This document shows, piece after piece, positions 1-9,309 of a stretch of DNA of 64,000 nucleotides. Each line of letters starts with the position of its first letter. The stretch's first letter is position 1. The notes beneath the pieces are model-generated. The model worked only from the letters and a program-made list of their open reading frames with translations. It did not search any database and was not told where the DNA came from. The DNA is from Alphaproteobacteria bacterium (GTDB lineage Bacteria; Pseudomonadota; Alphaproteobacteria; Rs-D84), in NCBI GenBank assembly GCA_016927735.1, contig JAFGMC010000012.1:13093-77092 (forward strand), read 5' to 3'. The position numbers were made by a program, and so were the translations under genes.

Positions 1-179
1 ATCTGGCGAATTGATGATGTCAACAACATCTCCTTTGAAAATAGGTAGTTGGTATTTTCCATCTACAACACCACCAAAATTTTCAGAATTTAAGTTATCA
101 CGTGCAACAATACCAAGTATGCCTAATGTTTCTGAATTTGATAAACTGATGCAAAGCACATGGAAAGATTAATTAAAAA

Positions 180-1511
180 ATGAAAATAAAAGAAACTATT
201 TTAAATAAAAATAAATCAACATTGGCTGAGCGTGGCGGAATGATGGTTGAGCTTTTGCTTACCTTGGCATTGGTCGCTATTATTTTACCATTTATTGTAA
301 ATTTTCAAAAATCAAGAATAGATAGGGCTCAGAATATTGCAATTGCAAAAGAAATGAAGGTTATTCAATCTGGTTTGGAAAAATATATAGATTCTAATAA
401 AAAAGAACTTCTTAAAACAGTTGGGAAAAATATAACACGTGTAAAAATTGAAGAACTGGAAGAATATGGTGTACCAATTGATTCTTTGAAAAAATACGGT
501 GATAACTTTCAAATACGTATAATTAAATCTGGTAATACTGATGGTCATTCAATATTACAAGGTGTAATTGTTTTAAATGATAAAGATATATCACCCATAC
601 GAACCCGCGAGATTATAAATCTTGGTGATGACAAAATGGGTTTTGTTGAAGAAAATAAAGCTTTTGGTGCATTTGGAACCTGGCATGGGGACGCTGTTGA
701 TTTTGGAATCGGTGGTTTAAATGGGATTATTAAAACAACTGAAACTATTTTGGATTCTGAAAAATATTTATGGAGATTACCTTCTACAAACGAAACCGAT
801 GCCACAATGCTTTCAAATTTAAATTTATCTGGTCATAATATAATCAGTGCAAAATTTGTAGATTCAGATATTGCAAAATTTGAAGAAATTATAAAAACAG
901 ATAAAATAATTTCAGATAAAATTGTTTTTCAAAACAGAACTACTGTTGATAAAAACTTTAATGCATCTGATGCCGTTGTTTCTGGGACATTATCTTCTGA
1001 TTCCAGAGGTATGGAAATATCAAACAATTTAAACCTTGCTGATACTGCAAAACTTTCAAGTTTTACAACTAATGATTTATGGGCAACTAATTTAAACCTA
1101 TCTGGATTATCTATTTCCACAGATAATAATAACAACGCAACTATTTTAAAAATAAATAAAACCATTGATATGGTTGCTGGACATATAACCGCTATGTTCG
1201 TAACGGTTAGTTTTGATGGTTCTATAACACCAAAATTAGTCATAAAAAATAAAATTGAAGATTCAACTAATCCTGATTATTTTTGGAATGTTTCAGCAAA
1301 TACCGCATATCTATCAGATGCAACTTTCCCAGAATTAACCAGAATGGCATCATTGTCACTTAACAAAGAATATGATACAAATACAAAAACTAGTCAGATA
1401 TTCAGCACTGTGGTATCAAATAAGAACGCAACCGCTTCAGATTTTATGAACGCTTTATCTGAAATTCAAAAACAAGTTAAATTAAAATATAGCCAGTTGA
1501 ATTTAGATTAA
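180..1511 (+). CDS. Pilin-like protein with a prepilin-type N-terminal hydrophobic helix and a large repeat-bearing C-terminal domain; function unknown
   Basis: ATG at 180. The N-terminus ...AERGGMMVELLLTLALVAIILPF has Gly, a Glu about 5 residues later, and a hydrophobic helix, as in type IV pilin/pseudopilin leaders (degenerate match). The motif NLNLSG/NLNLAD occurs three times. No enzymatic motif seen. Confidence 0.45.
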   Translation: MKIKETILNKNKSTLAERGGMMVELLLTLALVAIILPFIVNFQKSRIDRAQNIAIAKEMKVIQSGLEKYIDSNKKELLKTVGKNITRVKIEELEEYGVPIDSLKKYGDNFQIRIIKSGNTDGHSILQGVIVLNDKDISPIRTREIINLGDDKMGFVEENKAFGAFGTWHGDAVDFGIGGLNGIIKTTETILDSEKYLWRLPSTNETDATMLSNLNLSGHNIISAKFVDSDIAKFEEIIKTDKIISDKIVFQNRTTVDKNFNASDAVVSGTLSSDSRGMEISNNLNLADTAKLSSFTTNDLWATNLNLSGLSISTDNNNNATILKINKTIDMVAGHITAMFVTVSFDGSITPKLVIKNKIEDSTNPDYFWNVSANTAYLSDATFPELTRMASLSLNKEYDTNTKTSQIFSTVVSNKNATASDFMNALSEIQKQVKLKYSQLNLD

Positions 1512-1531
1512 TATATGGTATAACTTAAAGC

Positions 1532-2035
1532 ATGAAAACAGTATGCAGCTTTTGTAAAACCGAATATACATTAAATTCTGTGCCAACATGTCCTGTCCAA
1601 TGTGCTGTTTGTGGTCATACATGGAATGTTCCTGCGCCGCATCATAAAAATTCATTTCTGGTTTTTATTGCTGCATTATGTGCATTAATGGCGGCATCTA
1701 TATTCACATTTGTTGTAATTACCCAGCACCATGAAAATAATATTCAAAAAAACCCATTGGTTGCAGAAATTTCTAATATAAATAAAACAACTGATGATTT
1801 GGGTGTACAACACTTTGTTGTTAATGGGTTTGTGACCAATCAATCGAAAAATATTTATGGTGTGCCTGATCTTGTAATTGTATCATTTGACAATAATGGA
1901 AAAATAATTGCACAACAAAAGTTTTTTGCATCAGCAACATTACTGGAAGCTGGTAACAAAGCACCCTTTTCACATACTTTGTCTGTACCAACCGATGGTG
2001 TACACAAAATAACTGTTAAATTAAAAAGTAATTAA
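1532..2035 (+). CDS. Zinc-ribbon (MJ0042-type, CxxC...CxxC) single-pass membrane protein with a DUF3426-like C-terminal domain
   Basis: N-terminus is MKTVCSFCKTEY...CPVQCAVCGHTW, followed by a hydrophobic segment FLVFIAALCALMAASIFTFVVI. It starts 20 nt after the preceding stop. Confidence 0.55.
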   Translation: MKTVCSFCKTEYTLNSVPTCPVQCAVCGHTWNVPAPHHKNSFLVFIAALCALMAASIFTFVVITQHHENNIQKNPLVAEISNINKTTDDLGVQHFVVNGFVTNQSKNIYGVPDLVIVSFDNNGKIIAQQKFFASATLLEAGNKAPFSHTLSVPTDGVHKITVKLKSN

Positions 2036-2046
2036 AGGTGTTAAAT

Positions 2047-2511
2047 ATGAAAAAATTTAGTCACATACTTTTGTTTTTACTGTGCCTTGTACCTTTTGCG
2101 TCAAACGCCACAGACCCAGTGCCAATTATTCGTCGTAGTATATTTTCTACCAGTACCGACTGGGAAGCTGTGACCGGTATATACTTATCTCAATTCGATG
2201 TTGAATTCTATGTTGATAAACACTTGGTTAATAATGGTTTAGAATTATATTTTCTTGACGGGTTCCCTTGTTTTGCACAAACTGACTCTTCAAGAATTTG
2301 GATTGATAGAAACAACAAGAATGATAACAAAATCAGATTAACTTGTTTATTTGCTCCAAAAACTGTTTATTTTGCATGGCGTAACGCTGCACGCGATGCA
2401 TCACAAGATAAAACAACTGGAATACTGGAATGCCCTGTCAGTTTTGATAATAATTTAAAAATAGATTTATCGAAATGCACCAAGGGTAAAGATTGGAAAG
2501 AATATAGGTAA
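2047..2511 (+). CDS. Small secreted protein, unknown function
   Basis: The track ORF opens with GTG at 2038. The ATG at 2047 gives MKKFSHILLFLLCLVPFASNA, a Sec-type signal peptide. Contains five Cys. Tightly packed between its neighbours. Confidence 0.5.
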   Translation: MKKFSHILLFLLCLVPFASNATDPVPIIRRSIFSTSTDWEAVTGIYLSQFDVEFYVDKHLVNNGLELYFLDGFPCFAQTDSSRIWIDRNNKNDNKIRLTCLFAPKTVYFAWRNAARDASQDKTTGILECPVSFDNNLKIDLSKCTKGKDWKEYR

Positions 2512-2519
2512 TAAAAAAT

Positions 2520-3491
2520 ATGACAGAAAGTAGAGTTTTTAAAGTTTATGATAATGATATTGGTCAAAGGTTGGATAAATTTCTGGCGTTTCAACTGCCT
2601 GAATTTTCACGCAGTGAAATTCAAAAATTCAATGTAGAAAAGCTGGTTAATAATAAAAAGGTTGCAATAAAATTTTCTGATAAAATAAAACACGATGAAG
2701 AATTTATTGTCGATGTTCCAACAAACCAAACTGTTTCTGAAATGCCAAAAGCATCTTCTGATTTTGAATTAAGTATTACATACGAAGATGATGATATTAT
2801 TGTTATAAATAAACCCCGTGGAATTGTTATGTACCCTGCTGCTGGTAATCCAACAGGAACATTGGTGCAAAATATTTTGTCCCATACAACCTTGTCTGGT
2901 CTGGGCGGTTCAAGCAGACCTGGTGTTGTTCATAGATTAGATAAAGATACCAGTGGTGTTGTAATTTTGGCAAAATCTGACGCGGCATATCGTGAATTGA
3001 TAAAAACTTTTTCAGAACATGACCTGACCAGAAAATATGTTGCATTTGTTTGGGGAATTCCAACATGGGAAAGCGCAGAGATTACTGGAAATATCACACG
3101 ATCCAGCAGAAACCGGCAAAAAATGACAATGGTTAAACGTGGCGGTAAAGAAGCACAAACAAATGTTGAGCTTATGAATATCTGGGAAAAAGACAATATT
3201 TCGGAAATACGTTGTACATTGTTAACTGGACGAACCCATCAAATCAGGGTTCATTTATCTGGTCATGGATTCCCTGTATTATGTGATCCTGTTTATGGTC
3301 GTGGATCCAGCCGAATTGGCAGTGTAAAAAATCCAGAATTATTAGAATTTTTAAAAACAAATACCGGGCAAATGTTGCATGCCGAGGTTTTAGAACTGAA
3401 ACACCCAATAACTGGTGAACAAATGCGTTTTAAATCCAGGCTGCCAGGGGACATGCAATCATTGAAAGATATTCTTAATTATACTGAATAA
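2520..3491 (+). CDS. rluD: 23S rRNA pseudouridine synthase, RluA/RluD family
   Basis: S4-like N-terminus, catalytic motif HRLDKDTSGVVILAKS, and C-terminal HQIRVH motif. Confidence 0.85.
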   Translation: MTESRVFKVYDNDIGQRLDKFLAFQLPEFSRSEIQKFNVEKLVNNKKVAIKFSDKIKHDEEFIVDVPTNQTVSEMPKASSDFELSITYEDDDIIVINKPRGIVMYPAAGNPTGTLVQNILSHTTLSGLGGSSRPGVVHRLDKDTSGVVILAKSDAAYRELIKTFSEHDLTRKYVAFVWGIPTWESAEITGNITRSSRNRQKMTMVKRGGKEAQTNVELMNIWEKDNISEIRCTLLTGRTHQIRVHLSGHGFPVLCDPVYGRGSSRIGSVKNPELLEFLKTNTGQMLHAEVLELKHPITGEQMRFKSRLPGDMQSLKDILNYTE

Positions 3492-3562
3492 TTTCTGTAT
3501 TATTTTGTTTGTCTAGTTATAGTTTTGTGGTATAATGAAGCAATGAATAATGGAGTTAGGGG

Positions 3563-6500
3563 ATGATTTTTCTGAAAAGATTGGTTGGTTTTGTAGCTGT
3601 TTTAACAGTTGTTCCAACAGTATTCGCTGCAACGGCACGCCCGAGCATAATTACAACTGCGTCATCTAGAATGCCTACTATGACCACTCAGATAAGTGGA
3701 AATACATCGTCTTCCACAACAACAACTGTGACACTTTTGGTTGATACAGAATGTATCGAGGCATACACTGATTGTGTGAAGGGCGCTGATGTTTGTGGTC
3801 CAAACTTTGAAGAATGTACAAACAAGACCCTGTTTTATGGAAAAAAACCACAATGTGCCAGTACTTTGATGCAGTGCAAAACATCTGGGGTTCTCAGTCT
3901 GTTCGGTACAAGTAATCAAACCTATTTTTCAAATAAAAATTCAGCCGGTGAATATGTTTACCCTACAAATGGAAGTGTTTTGGGTCAATTGATAGAGGCC
4001 GCGTATGTAAACAATCGTTATGACACCAGTACTTGTGTTAAAAGATATACAAGTTGCTTGAAGAAAAATGATATTTGCGGTTCAGACTTTGAACTTTGCA
4101 CCAGTAATACAGAATTTAGAACACAAAAAATATTCTGTGAATCAACATTGGCAAGATGCCAAGATGATGGTAAAACAGAATTGTTTGGTTCAACAAATAC
4201 AGCGGCCAGTCCAGCTGCTGACAGTCGTTTGGGTGTTATGATTTCCGAAGGTGCTGCCTTGGCTGCTGTTAACGCAGTTGCAACATGCTATAAGGTTATC
4301 GACCAATGTATGTTACAAGCATGCTCAAAAAATCCGTACGAATGTAAAGAAGGTGCATCTCATACTTTGGTTGATGCAGCTGGGAATACATTTGTTGATG
4401 ATCCAACAACAACTACAACACCTTATATAACTGATAATGGTGCCGTTAACCGTACTGAGATTGCAGGATTTATCAAAAATGCTTGTTATGACACAATTGG
4501 TGCAAACAAATTCTGCTATGCAACATTTATTGGAAATGGCGCAATGCCAACAAATGCACAATTGCAAGATGAAGATAACAAAGATACAATTTACTCTGAT
4601 GCTTACTCTTCACGCATGAATGATTCTATGAAATCAAAGATTGATGATTTAATCGAAATATTTGATACAAAAACAAAACAAAAATGTCAAAACACAATCA
4701 CATCATGTGCTATGCGTTCATGTGGTGGTGGCAGTGGTGCTGCTTGCTATGCATCTGCATTCAATTCTGCGAATACAATCAAGGGTGTGACAAATCCTGC
4801 TACTTTGGCTGATATTAAATATGGTTGCGAAGCTGTTGTTAATAATGACACATATTGTAAATATTCTGTCGCGACATTCGAAACTGCAACCGGTATTATT
4901 GGTTTCTTATCTGGCAGTTTATTTGATATATTATTCACAGCTGCTGATGATACAAGTGTTACAAATCCAGACGCAGTTGGTGCGGTTGCAACATTGAATT
5001 CAAAATTGTCATTGTCATACAACCAGGCTTCTTTAGATAATATGAAGAAACAATGTCAAACAATTGCAACAGGTTGTGTAAAATCAATGTGTGGAACAGA
5101 TTATACCAACTGTTACCGTAACCGTACTGATGTTTACTCTACACTGACAAATACTGGTGATAACAGTTTTGATAAAAGTATGAACAAGGTTGGTGGTGTT
5201 TTGGATCATACAATTATATTGGGATTGTGCCTTAACACTATTAAAAATAATCCAGTCTGTGAAGAACACATCAAAGCCGAAGCTGCACGTCGCACAGCAA
5301 GTGTAAGTACCGCTGATTCTTGGGGTGCCGGTATAAACAGCACACGTGACGGATGGTTGGGTGCTGGTACATATGGTGCAACATTGACTGGTGATACAGT
5401 TCAAGATGTTGATGCTGATGGAAATCTGTTATGCACAACAGGCGCAGACAGCACTGGCGATACTGGACGCTGCGACAGTTCAAGTGGCAGATACATATAT
5501 CCAAAAATGATTTCAGAAAGTGCTTATAATATTGCGCAAACAGAACGCTCTGTATTTAATGACTTGGTATATGACTTGGAAGTTGAAGCCCAGGCAAATT
5601 ATAATGCAAAACTGACAAAACAACAAAATATGTGTATGTCAAATAACAGTGGTGGAATCATAGGTTCTCGTGAAAATGGTAGCACATTTATGTGGGTAAA
5701 ATTAAAGAATAGTAAGGTTCCAACCAATTATGCAATGAATGGTCTACAAAACAATCAGTTCGTTGCCAGCAATGACATTTATGGAAGCTTCTGCCGTATA
5801 CGCGTGACATTGCAATCAGATGATAAATATATCCAAGATGCAATTAATGATGGCAGAGATTGGAGTACAGCATACTTTGCAGCCGGTGATACATTCACAT
5901 GCGGCAGCTGGATATCTGGTGATGAATTAGAAACAATATCTAACGTTGTTGGTGGTAAGGCAAAAAGTGAAGCAACCAGTGGTGACAGTCGTACACGTAC
6001 ATGGTTGACACTTGCTGGAACAGTATTGGGTGGTGTCGGTGGTGGCGTCGCAACAAATGCATTACAAAAAGGATCTTTGGGTGGTTTGTTGGGAACAAAA
6101 AGAACAGACACCAATACAACAGACGCTAATCGTTGCAAAACATTGGCAAAATTGTACCAAGATGAAAAAGATGGTGTTGCTGCCAAGGCAACTGGTGAAT
6201 CTGCAATTGCAACAGCAGAATCATTGGGTGTCAAAGAAGATTTAACAGCACCTATTAAAAGATCTGTTCAAAAAGCTGGCACAGTAACAAGTCCTGCAAA
6301 TCCAGAAGCTGACGCCGTAAATAAACAAAGTGCTAATAATGCTATGGATTCATTGAAAACATTGTGTGAATCAGAGTTAACTAGTGCTAAAGGCAGTAAT
6401 ACAAAAACCAAAACTACATTACTTGGTGCTGGTGTTGGTGCAGTGGCTGGTGGTGCATTAACATACTTTGCAACACGTGACATCCAAGATGCCCAAGGCG

Positions 6501-6622
6501 ACAATGCAGCTACTAAGGCCAGACAAGAATGGATGGATGAAGTTGGTAAGCATATACGTTGCTATATCGGCGCAGATGAAGTCGGTATGTATGGTGATAT
6601 AATCAGTACAGAAATGGAATAA
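3563..6622 (+). CDS. Large secreted cysteine-rich repeat protein with two C-terminal glycine-zipper hydrophobic segments; unknown family
   Basis: SD GGAG upstream of ATG 3563. Signal peptide MIFLKRLVGFVAVLTVVPTVFA, then an S/T-rich linker. 38 Cys, with five C-x6-C-x4/6-C-x6/7-C units. Gly-rich hydrophobic segments at about nt 6002-6063 and 6415-6472. A strong terminator follows directly. Confidence 0.8.
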   Translation: MIFLKRLVGFVAVLTVVPTVFAATARPSIITTASSRMPTMTTQISGNTSSSTTTTVTLLVDTECIEAYTDCVKGADVCGPNFEECTNKTLFYGKKPQCASTLMQCKTSGVLSLFGTSNQTYFSNKNSAGEYVYPTNGSVLGQLIEAAYVNNRYDTSTCVKRYTSCLKKNDICGSDFELCTSNTEFRTQKIFCESTLARCQDDGKTELFGSTNTAASPAADSRLGVMISEGAALAAVNAVATCYKVIDQCMLQACSKNPYECKEGASHTLVDAAGNTFVDDPTTTTTPYITDNGAVNRTEIAGFIKNACYDTIGANKFCYATFIGNGAMPTNAQLQDEDNKDTIYSDAYSSRMNDSMKSKIDDLIEIFDTKTKQKCQNTITSCAMRSCGGGSGAACYASAFNSANTIKGVTNPATLADIKYGCEAVVNNDTYCKYSVATFETATGIIGFLSGSLFDILFTAADDTSVTNPDAVGAVATLNSKLSLSYNQASLDNMKKQCQTIATGCVKSMCGTDYTNCYRNRTDVYSTLTNTGDNSFDKSMNKVGGVLDHTIILGLCLNTIKNNPVCEEHIKAEAARRTASVSTADSWGAGINSTRDGWLGAGTYGATLTGDTVQDVDADGNLLCTTGADSTGDTGRCDSSSGRYIYPKMISESAYNIAQTERSVFNDLVYDLEVEAQANYNAKLTKQQNMCMSNNSGGIIGSRENGSTFMWVKLKNSKVPTNYAMNGLQNNQFVASNDIYGSFCRIRVTLQSDDKYIQDAINDGRDWSTAYFAAGDTFTCGSWISGDELETISNVVGGKAKSEATSGDSRTRTWLTLAGTVLGGVGGGVATNALQKGSLGGLLGTKRTDTNTTDANRCKTLAKLYQDEKDGVAAKATGESAIATAESLGVKEDLTAPIKRSVQKAGTVTSPANPEADAVNKQSANNAMDSLKTLCESELTSAKGSNTKTKTTLLGAGVGAVAGGALTYFATRDIQDAQGDNAATKARQEWMDEVGKHIRCYIGADEVGMYGDIISTEME

Positions 6623-6643
6623 TAAATCCATTAACAATTAAAT

Positions 6644-6672
6644 AAAAAGACCGGTGTTATACCGGTCTTTTT
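6644..6672 (+). terminator. Rho-independent terminator after the Cys-rich protein gene
   Basis: Stem AGACCGGT / ACCGGTCT with loop GTTAT, followed by a T run. Confidence 0.8.
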
Positions 6673-6840
6673 ATTAGATAAACATATTTTACAACATAAT
6701 AGTATTATCGCATTAGCAAGCAGAATAAAGAAAGTTCTATCAATAATGTTTAATGTGTAACTTAACTATATAGCACAGTGCCCTTTATATATCAATACAG
6801 CCGTATTAATTCGCTATTGCCCCAATGATAAATGAATAAT

Positions 6841-6868
6841 AAAATACCCACCAAATGGTGGGTATTTC
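6841..6868 (-). terminator. Rho-independent terminator of the TPR gene
   Basis: Stem TACCCACC / GGTGGGTA with loop AAAT. A T run follows on the minus strand. Confidence 0.7.
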
Positions 6869-6887
6869 TTTATTTAAATCTAATACT

Positions 6888-7889
6888 TTATCGCATTTCA
6901 GATATCAATTTATTCAATCTTTCAATATTATCAACATCATTCAATGCAACTGCAATTGTATATGCGGATTCCAAATCACTTCTTGCAGATTCTAAATCAC
7001 CCATATTTAAATTTAAGGCTGCTGATTTTTCAAAATATCCCATTGCGCGACGTGATAAGTCTTCACGTGCCTCTGCATTTGTTGCGCCTTGGATTTGTTC
7101 AGATATAACACGTACTGCTGACATATAATCATTTGCAGCTTCTTTGTATTTATTTAATGCAGTATATGCCTCGGCACGTTCTGCATAAACAGAAGGGTTA
7201 ACAACACCTTCTGGACGCGCCAGTGAATTAGTATAATCCGCTATTGCGCCATCCCAGTTTTTTAACCACAAATTCAACTGTCCACGTTTTGCATAAATGT
7301 CACGTAATTGTAAAACATCGTTTGGACGTACCGCACGTGCAGCCAAAGCATTATTTATATCTGATAATGCAGATGAATAATCTTCCATTCTTGTGTATAA
7401 CAATGCACGATCATAAAATGCAACAGAATTCAAAGAATCTATTTCAACAGCAGTATTGAAATCTTCAACTGCATTGTTATATTTCCCAGATTGCATATAT
7501 GCTTCACCACGTAAAATGAAAGCATCCACTGATGGGTTATCTGTCTCAATCGCAGCTGTTAAATCACTAATTGCCTCATCAATATTACCAGCCAATAATT
7601 TTTCCTTGCCGGAATTCAAATATTGATTTGGTTTAATCAATGCTTCTTCAGTTATTTCCACATTATTTGTAATTGGATGTAATATTCCATGACTGCGTCC
7701 CAGAATATAAAATGTTGCAGAGATAAAGAATATTATAATAAACCAATAAACATAAATTGAAAGAGACCATGCATTAAAATGCGGTTTAACAACTTCTATA
7801 TTTTTTGTTATAGGTGATGTTTTCTTAGAAACTGGCTTTGACGTTTTCTTAGGGGCCAACTTTTTCTTAGTTGATTTTTTATTCTTCAT
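6888..7889 (-). CDS. TPR-repeat protein with a Lys-rich N-terminal tail and one transmembrane segment
   Basis: MKNKKSTKKKLAPKK... is followed by the hydrophobic stretch WSLSIYVYWFIIIFFISATFYILG. Repeated A/Y/G-patterned 34-aa TPR-like units follow. Confidence 0.7.
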   Translation of the reverse strand: MKNKKSTKKKLAPKKTSKPVSKKTSPITKNIEVVKPHFNAWSLSIYVYWFIIIFFISATFYILGRSHGILHPITNNVEITEEALIKPNQYLNSGKEKLLAGNIDEAISDLTAAIETDNPSVDAFILRGEAYMQSGKYNNAVEDFNTAVEIDSLNSVAFYDRALLYTRMEDYSSALSDINNALAARAVRPNDVLQLRDIYAKRGQLNLWLKNWDGAIADYTNSLARPEGVVNPSVYAERAEAYTALNKYKEAANDYMSAVRVISEQIQGATNAEAREDLSRRAMGYFEKSAALNLNMGDLESARSDLESAYTIAVALNDVDNIERLNKLISEMR

Positions 7890-7915
7890 TAAATTCTCCC
7901 TTCCTTGGTGTAATT

Positions 7916-8611
7916 TTAGAAGGATTTTTTCAATACGTCAATGCTTTTCTGTGGAATTTCAATAATTTCTCCGACAGAAATATTTTCAAGATTTATAGTT
8001 CCATAAGATATTCTGTGCAATTTTTTCACTGGTAAATTACAAGCTGCCAAAACTATACGAATTTCGTTTTTTTTACCTTCGGTGATTGTAATTTTTAATT
8101 CATTGTTTTCTAAAACTTCTATATTCATTGGACGATAATTAATTCCATCAACGTTAATACCAGAACGTGCAGGCTCTAATTTTGAAAAATCATCCCCTTC
8201 AACTTTTGCAATATAAACCCTTGGGATTCCGGATGATGGCAAGGTAAGCTTTCGTGCCAATTCGCCATCATTTGTAAGCAATAATAATCCTGTAGTTTTA
8301 TAATCCAAACGACCAATATATTTAAGATTATTATACTGCTGGGGCAAAATATCGTATATTGTTTTTCGGCCCTCTGGGTCACTTGCGGTTGTCATTGTGT
8401 TAATAGGTTTATAAAAAGCATACAATTTTGTTTCATTATTTGATTCAATAACTCTTCCAGAAACTGAAATTTCTTCTGACCCATCAACAAAAAATACAGG
8501 GCTGGTTATAACCACATTGTTTACAGTGACCACACCAGATTCAATTAGCCTTTCTGCTGCGCGACGCGACGCCATACCACTATCTGCCAAGAATTTTGCT
8601 ATTCGTATCAT
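7916..8611 (-). CDS. rRNA pseudouridine synthase, RsuA/RluB/RluF family
   Basis: S4 domain (LADSGMASRRAAERLIESG) and catalytic motif GRLDYKTTGLLLLTNDG. Overlaps the rsmE stop by 4 nt. Confidence 0.85.
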   Translation of the reverse strand: MIRIAKFLADSGMASRRAAERLIESGVVTVNNVVITSPVFFVDGSEEISVSGRVIESNNETKLYAFYKPINTMTTASDPEGRKTIYDILPQQYNNLKYIGRLDYKTTGLLLLTNDGELARKLTLPSSGIPRVYIAKVEGDDFSKLEPARSGINVDGINYRPMNIEVLENNELKITITEGKKNEIRIVLAACNLPVKKLHRISYGTINLENISVGEIIEIPQKSIDVLKKSF

Positions 8612-9264
8612 TTTATTATCTTTGCCAAAGCTGTAACCGCGGCTGTTTCAGCACGCAAAATTGTTTTACCGAGTGAGATACCAACCGCCCCTGCATTATC
8701 CAGCGCATTAAACTCTGAATCAGAAAAACCACCCTCTGGTCCAATTAATATTGCGGAAATATTATTGTAATCAGAAATGCAATTTTTTCCAAAAACTGAC
8801 CTTTCATCTGCAAAAACTAAACTTTCTTTATCTAAATCCGAAAATTTTATAGGTGATAATAGTTTTGGAACACTGTTGCGGTTTGATTGCTCGGACGCCT
8901 CGGTAATAATTTTTTCAACCCTCTTCCAATTAATATGATGTGCGACAGTTCTGTCTGTTATAACTGGTTGTAACTTTGCCACACCCATTTGGGTCACCAT
9001 ATTTAACATTTCATCCGTTTTCTTAATTGGCGCAAAATAAAAAATTATGTCATTACTGGGATCACGATGCTCTGTTTTTAATTCTGGTACCAAAAATTTT
9101 GAATCATCAGATAGTTTTGCTGAAAATTCATTCCCGTCATTAAAGACAAGACAGTTTTCAGTCCGCATAACATTTTTCAGGTAATGAGAAATATCTTTTT
9201 CAATTAAAATCTTCTTTCCAGATTCTATTTTTTCATTAACAAAAATTCGTGGAATATTCTTCAT
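8608..9264 (-). CDS. rsmE: 16S rRNA (uracil1498-N3)-methyltransferase
   Basis: Typical length and the C-terminal motif LIGPEGGFSDSE...LGKTILRAETA. Confidence 0.8.
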   Translation of the reverse strand: MKNIPRIFVNEKIESGKKILIEKDISHYLKNVMRTENCLVFNDGNEFSAKLSDDSKFLVPELKTEHRDPSNDIIFYFAPIKKTDEMLNMVTQMGVAKLQPVITDRTVAHHINWKRVEKIITEASEQSNRNSVPKLLSPIKFSDLDKESLVFADERSVFGKNCISDYNNISAILIGPEGGFSDSEFNALDNAGAVGISLGKTILRAETAAVTALAKIIK

Positions 9265-9291
9265 GAGTGTCTTTTTTATTTGGTCTTTTTC

Positions 9292-9300
9292 TGGTATAAT
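9292..9300 (+). promoter_or_regulatory. Candidate extended -10 promoter element (TGGTATAAT) for the T4CP-like operon
   Basis: TGnTATAAT at 9292-9300 lies in the divergent gap between rsmE and the VirD4-like gene. The first ATG (9310) is only 10 nt downstream and has no SD, so the mRNA may be leaderless or short-leadered. Confidence 0.35.
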
Positions 9301-9309
9301 TGTATCACA

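Noticed and set aside
1-159. The minus-strand frame is open from a GTG at 157-159 to the left edge (..SLSNSETLGILGIVARDNLNSENFGGVVDGKYQLPIFKGDVVDIINSPD). It may be the 5' end of a leftward gene divergent from the pilin-like ORF.
   Set aside because: Only about 53 codons are visible, there is no recognisable motif, and a second frame is also open over part of the stretch. That is not enough to call a feature.
5779-6234. A 151-aa minus-strand ORF, plus other antisense ORFs (3662-3919, 4747-5022, 5084-5404, 6268-6504), inside the Cys-rich protein gene.
   Set aside because: These are shadow ORFs antisense to a much longer, SD-preceded, terminator-ended ORF that has coherent signal-peptide and repeat architecture.
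6673-6840. About 170 bp of unassigned sequence between the two convergent terminators, considered for an sRNA or a gene relic.
   Set aside because: I could see no ORF, hairpin, promoter-like element or conserved RNA motif. There is nothing to support a call.
9280-9309. TTG/GTG-initiated 5' extensions in the ORF track, here and at 2038, 11514, 14782, 16482, 49902, 49920(-) and 52987.
   Set aside because: Downstream ATG codons give better SD spacing or signal peptides and avoid overlaps with neighbouring genes. The exception is mutS, where only a TTG is available.
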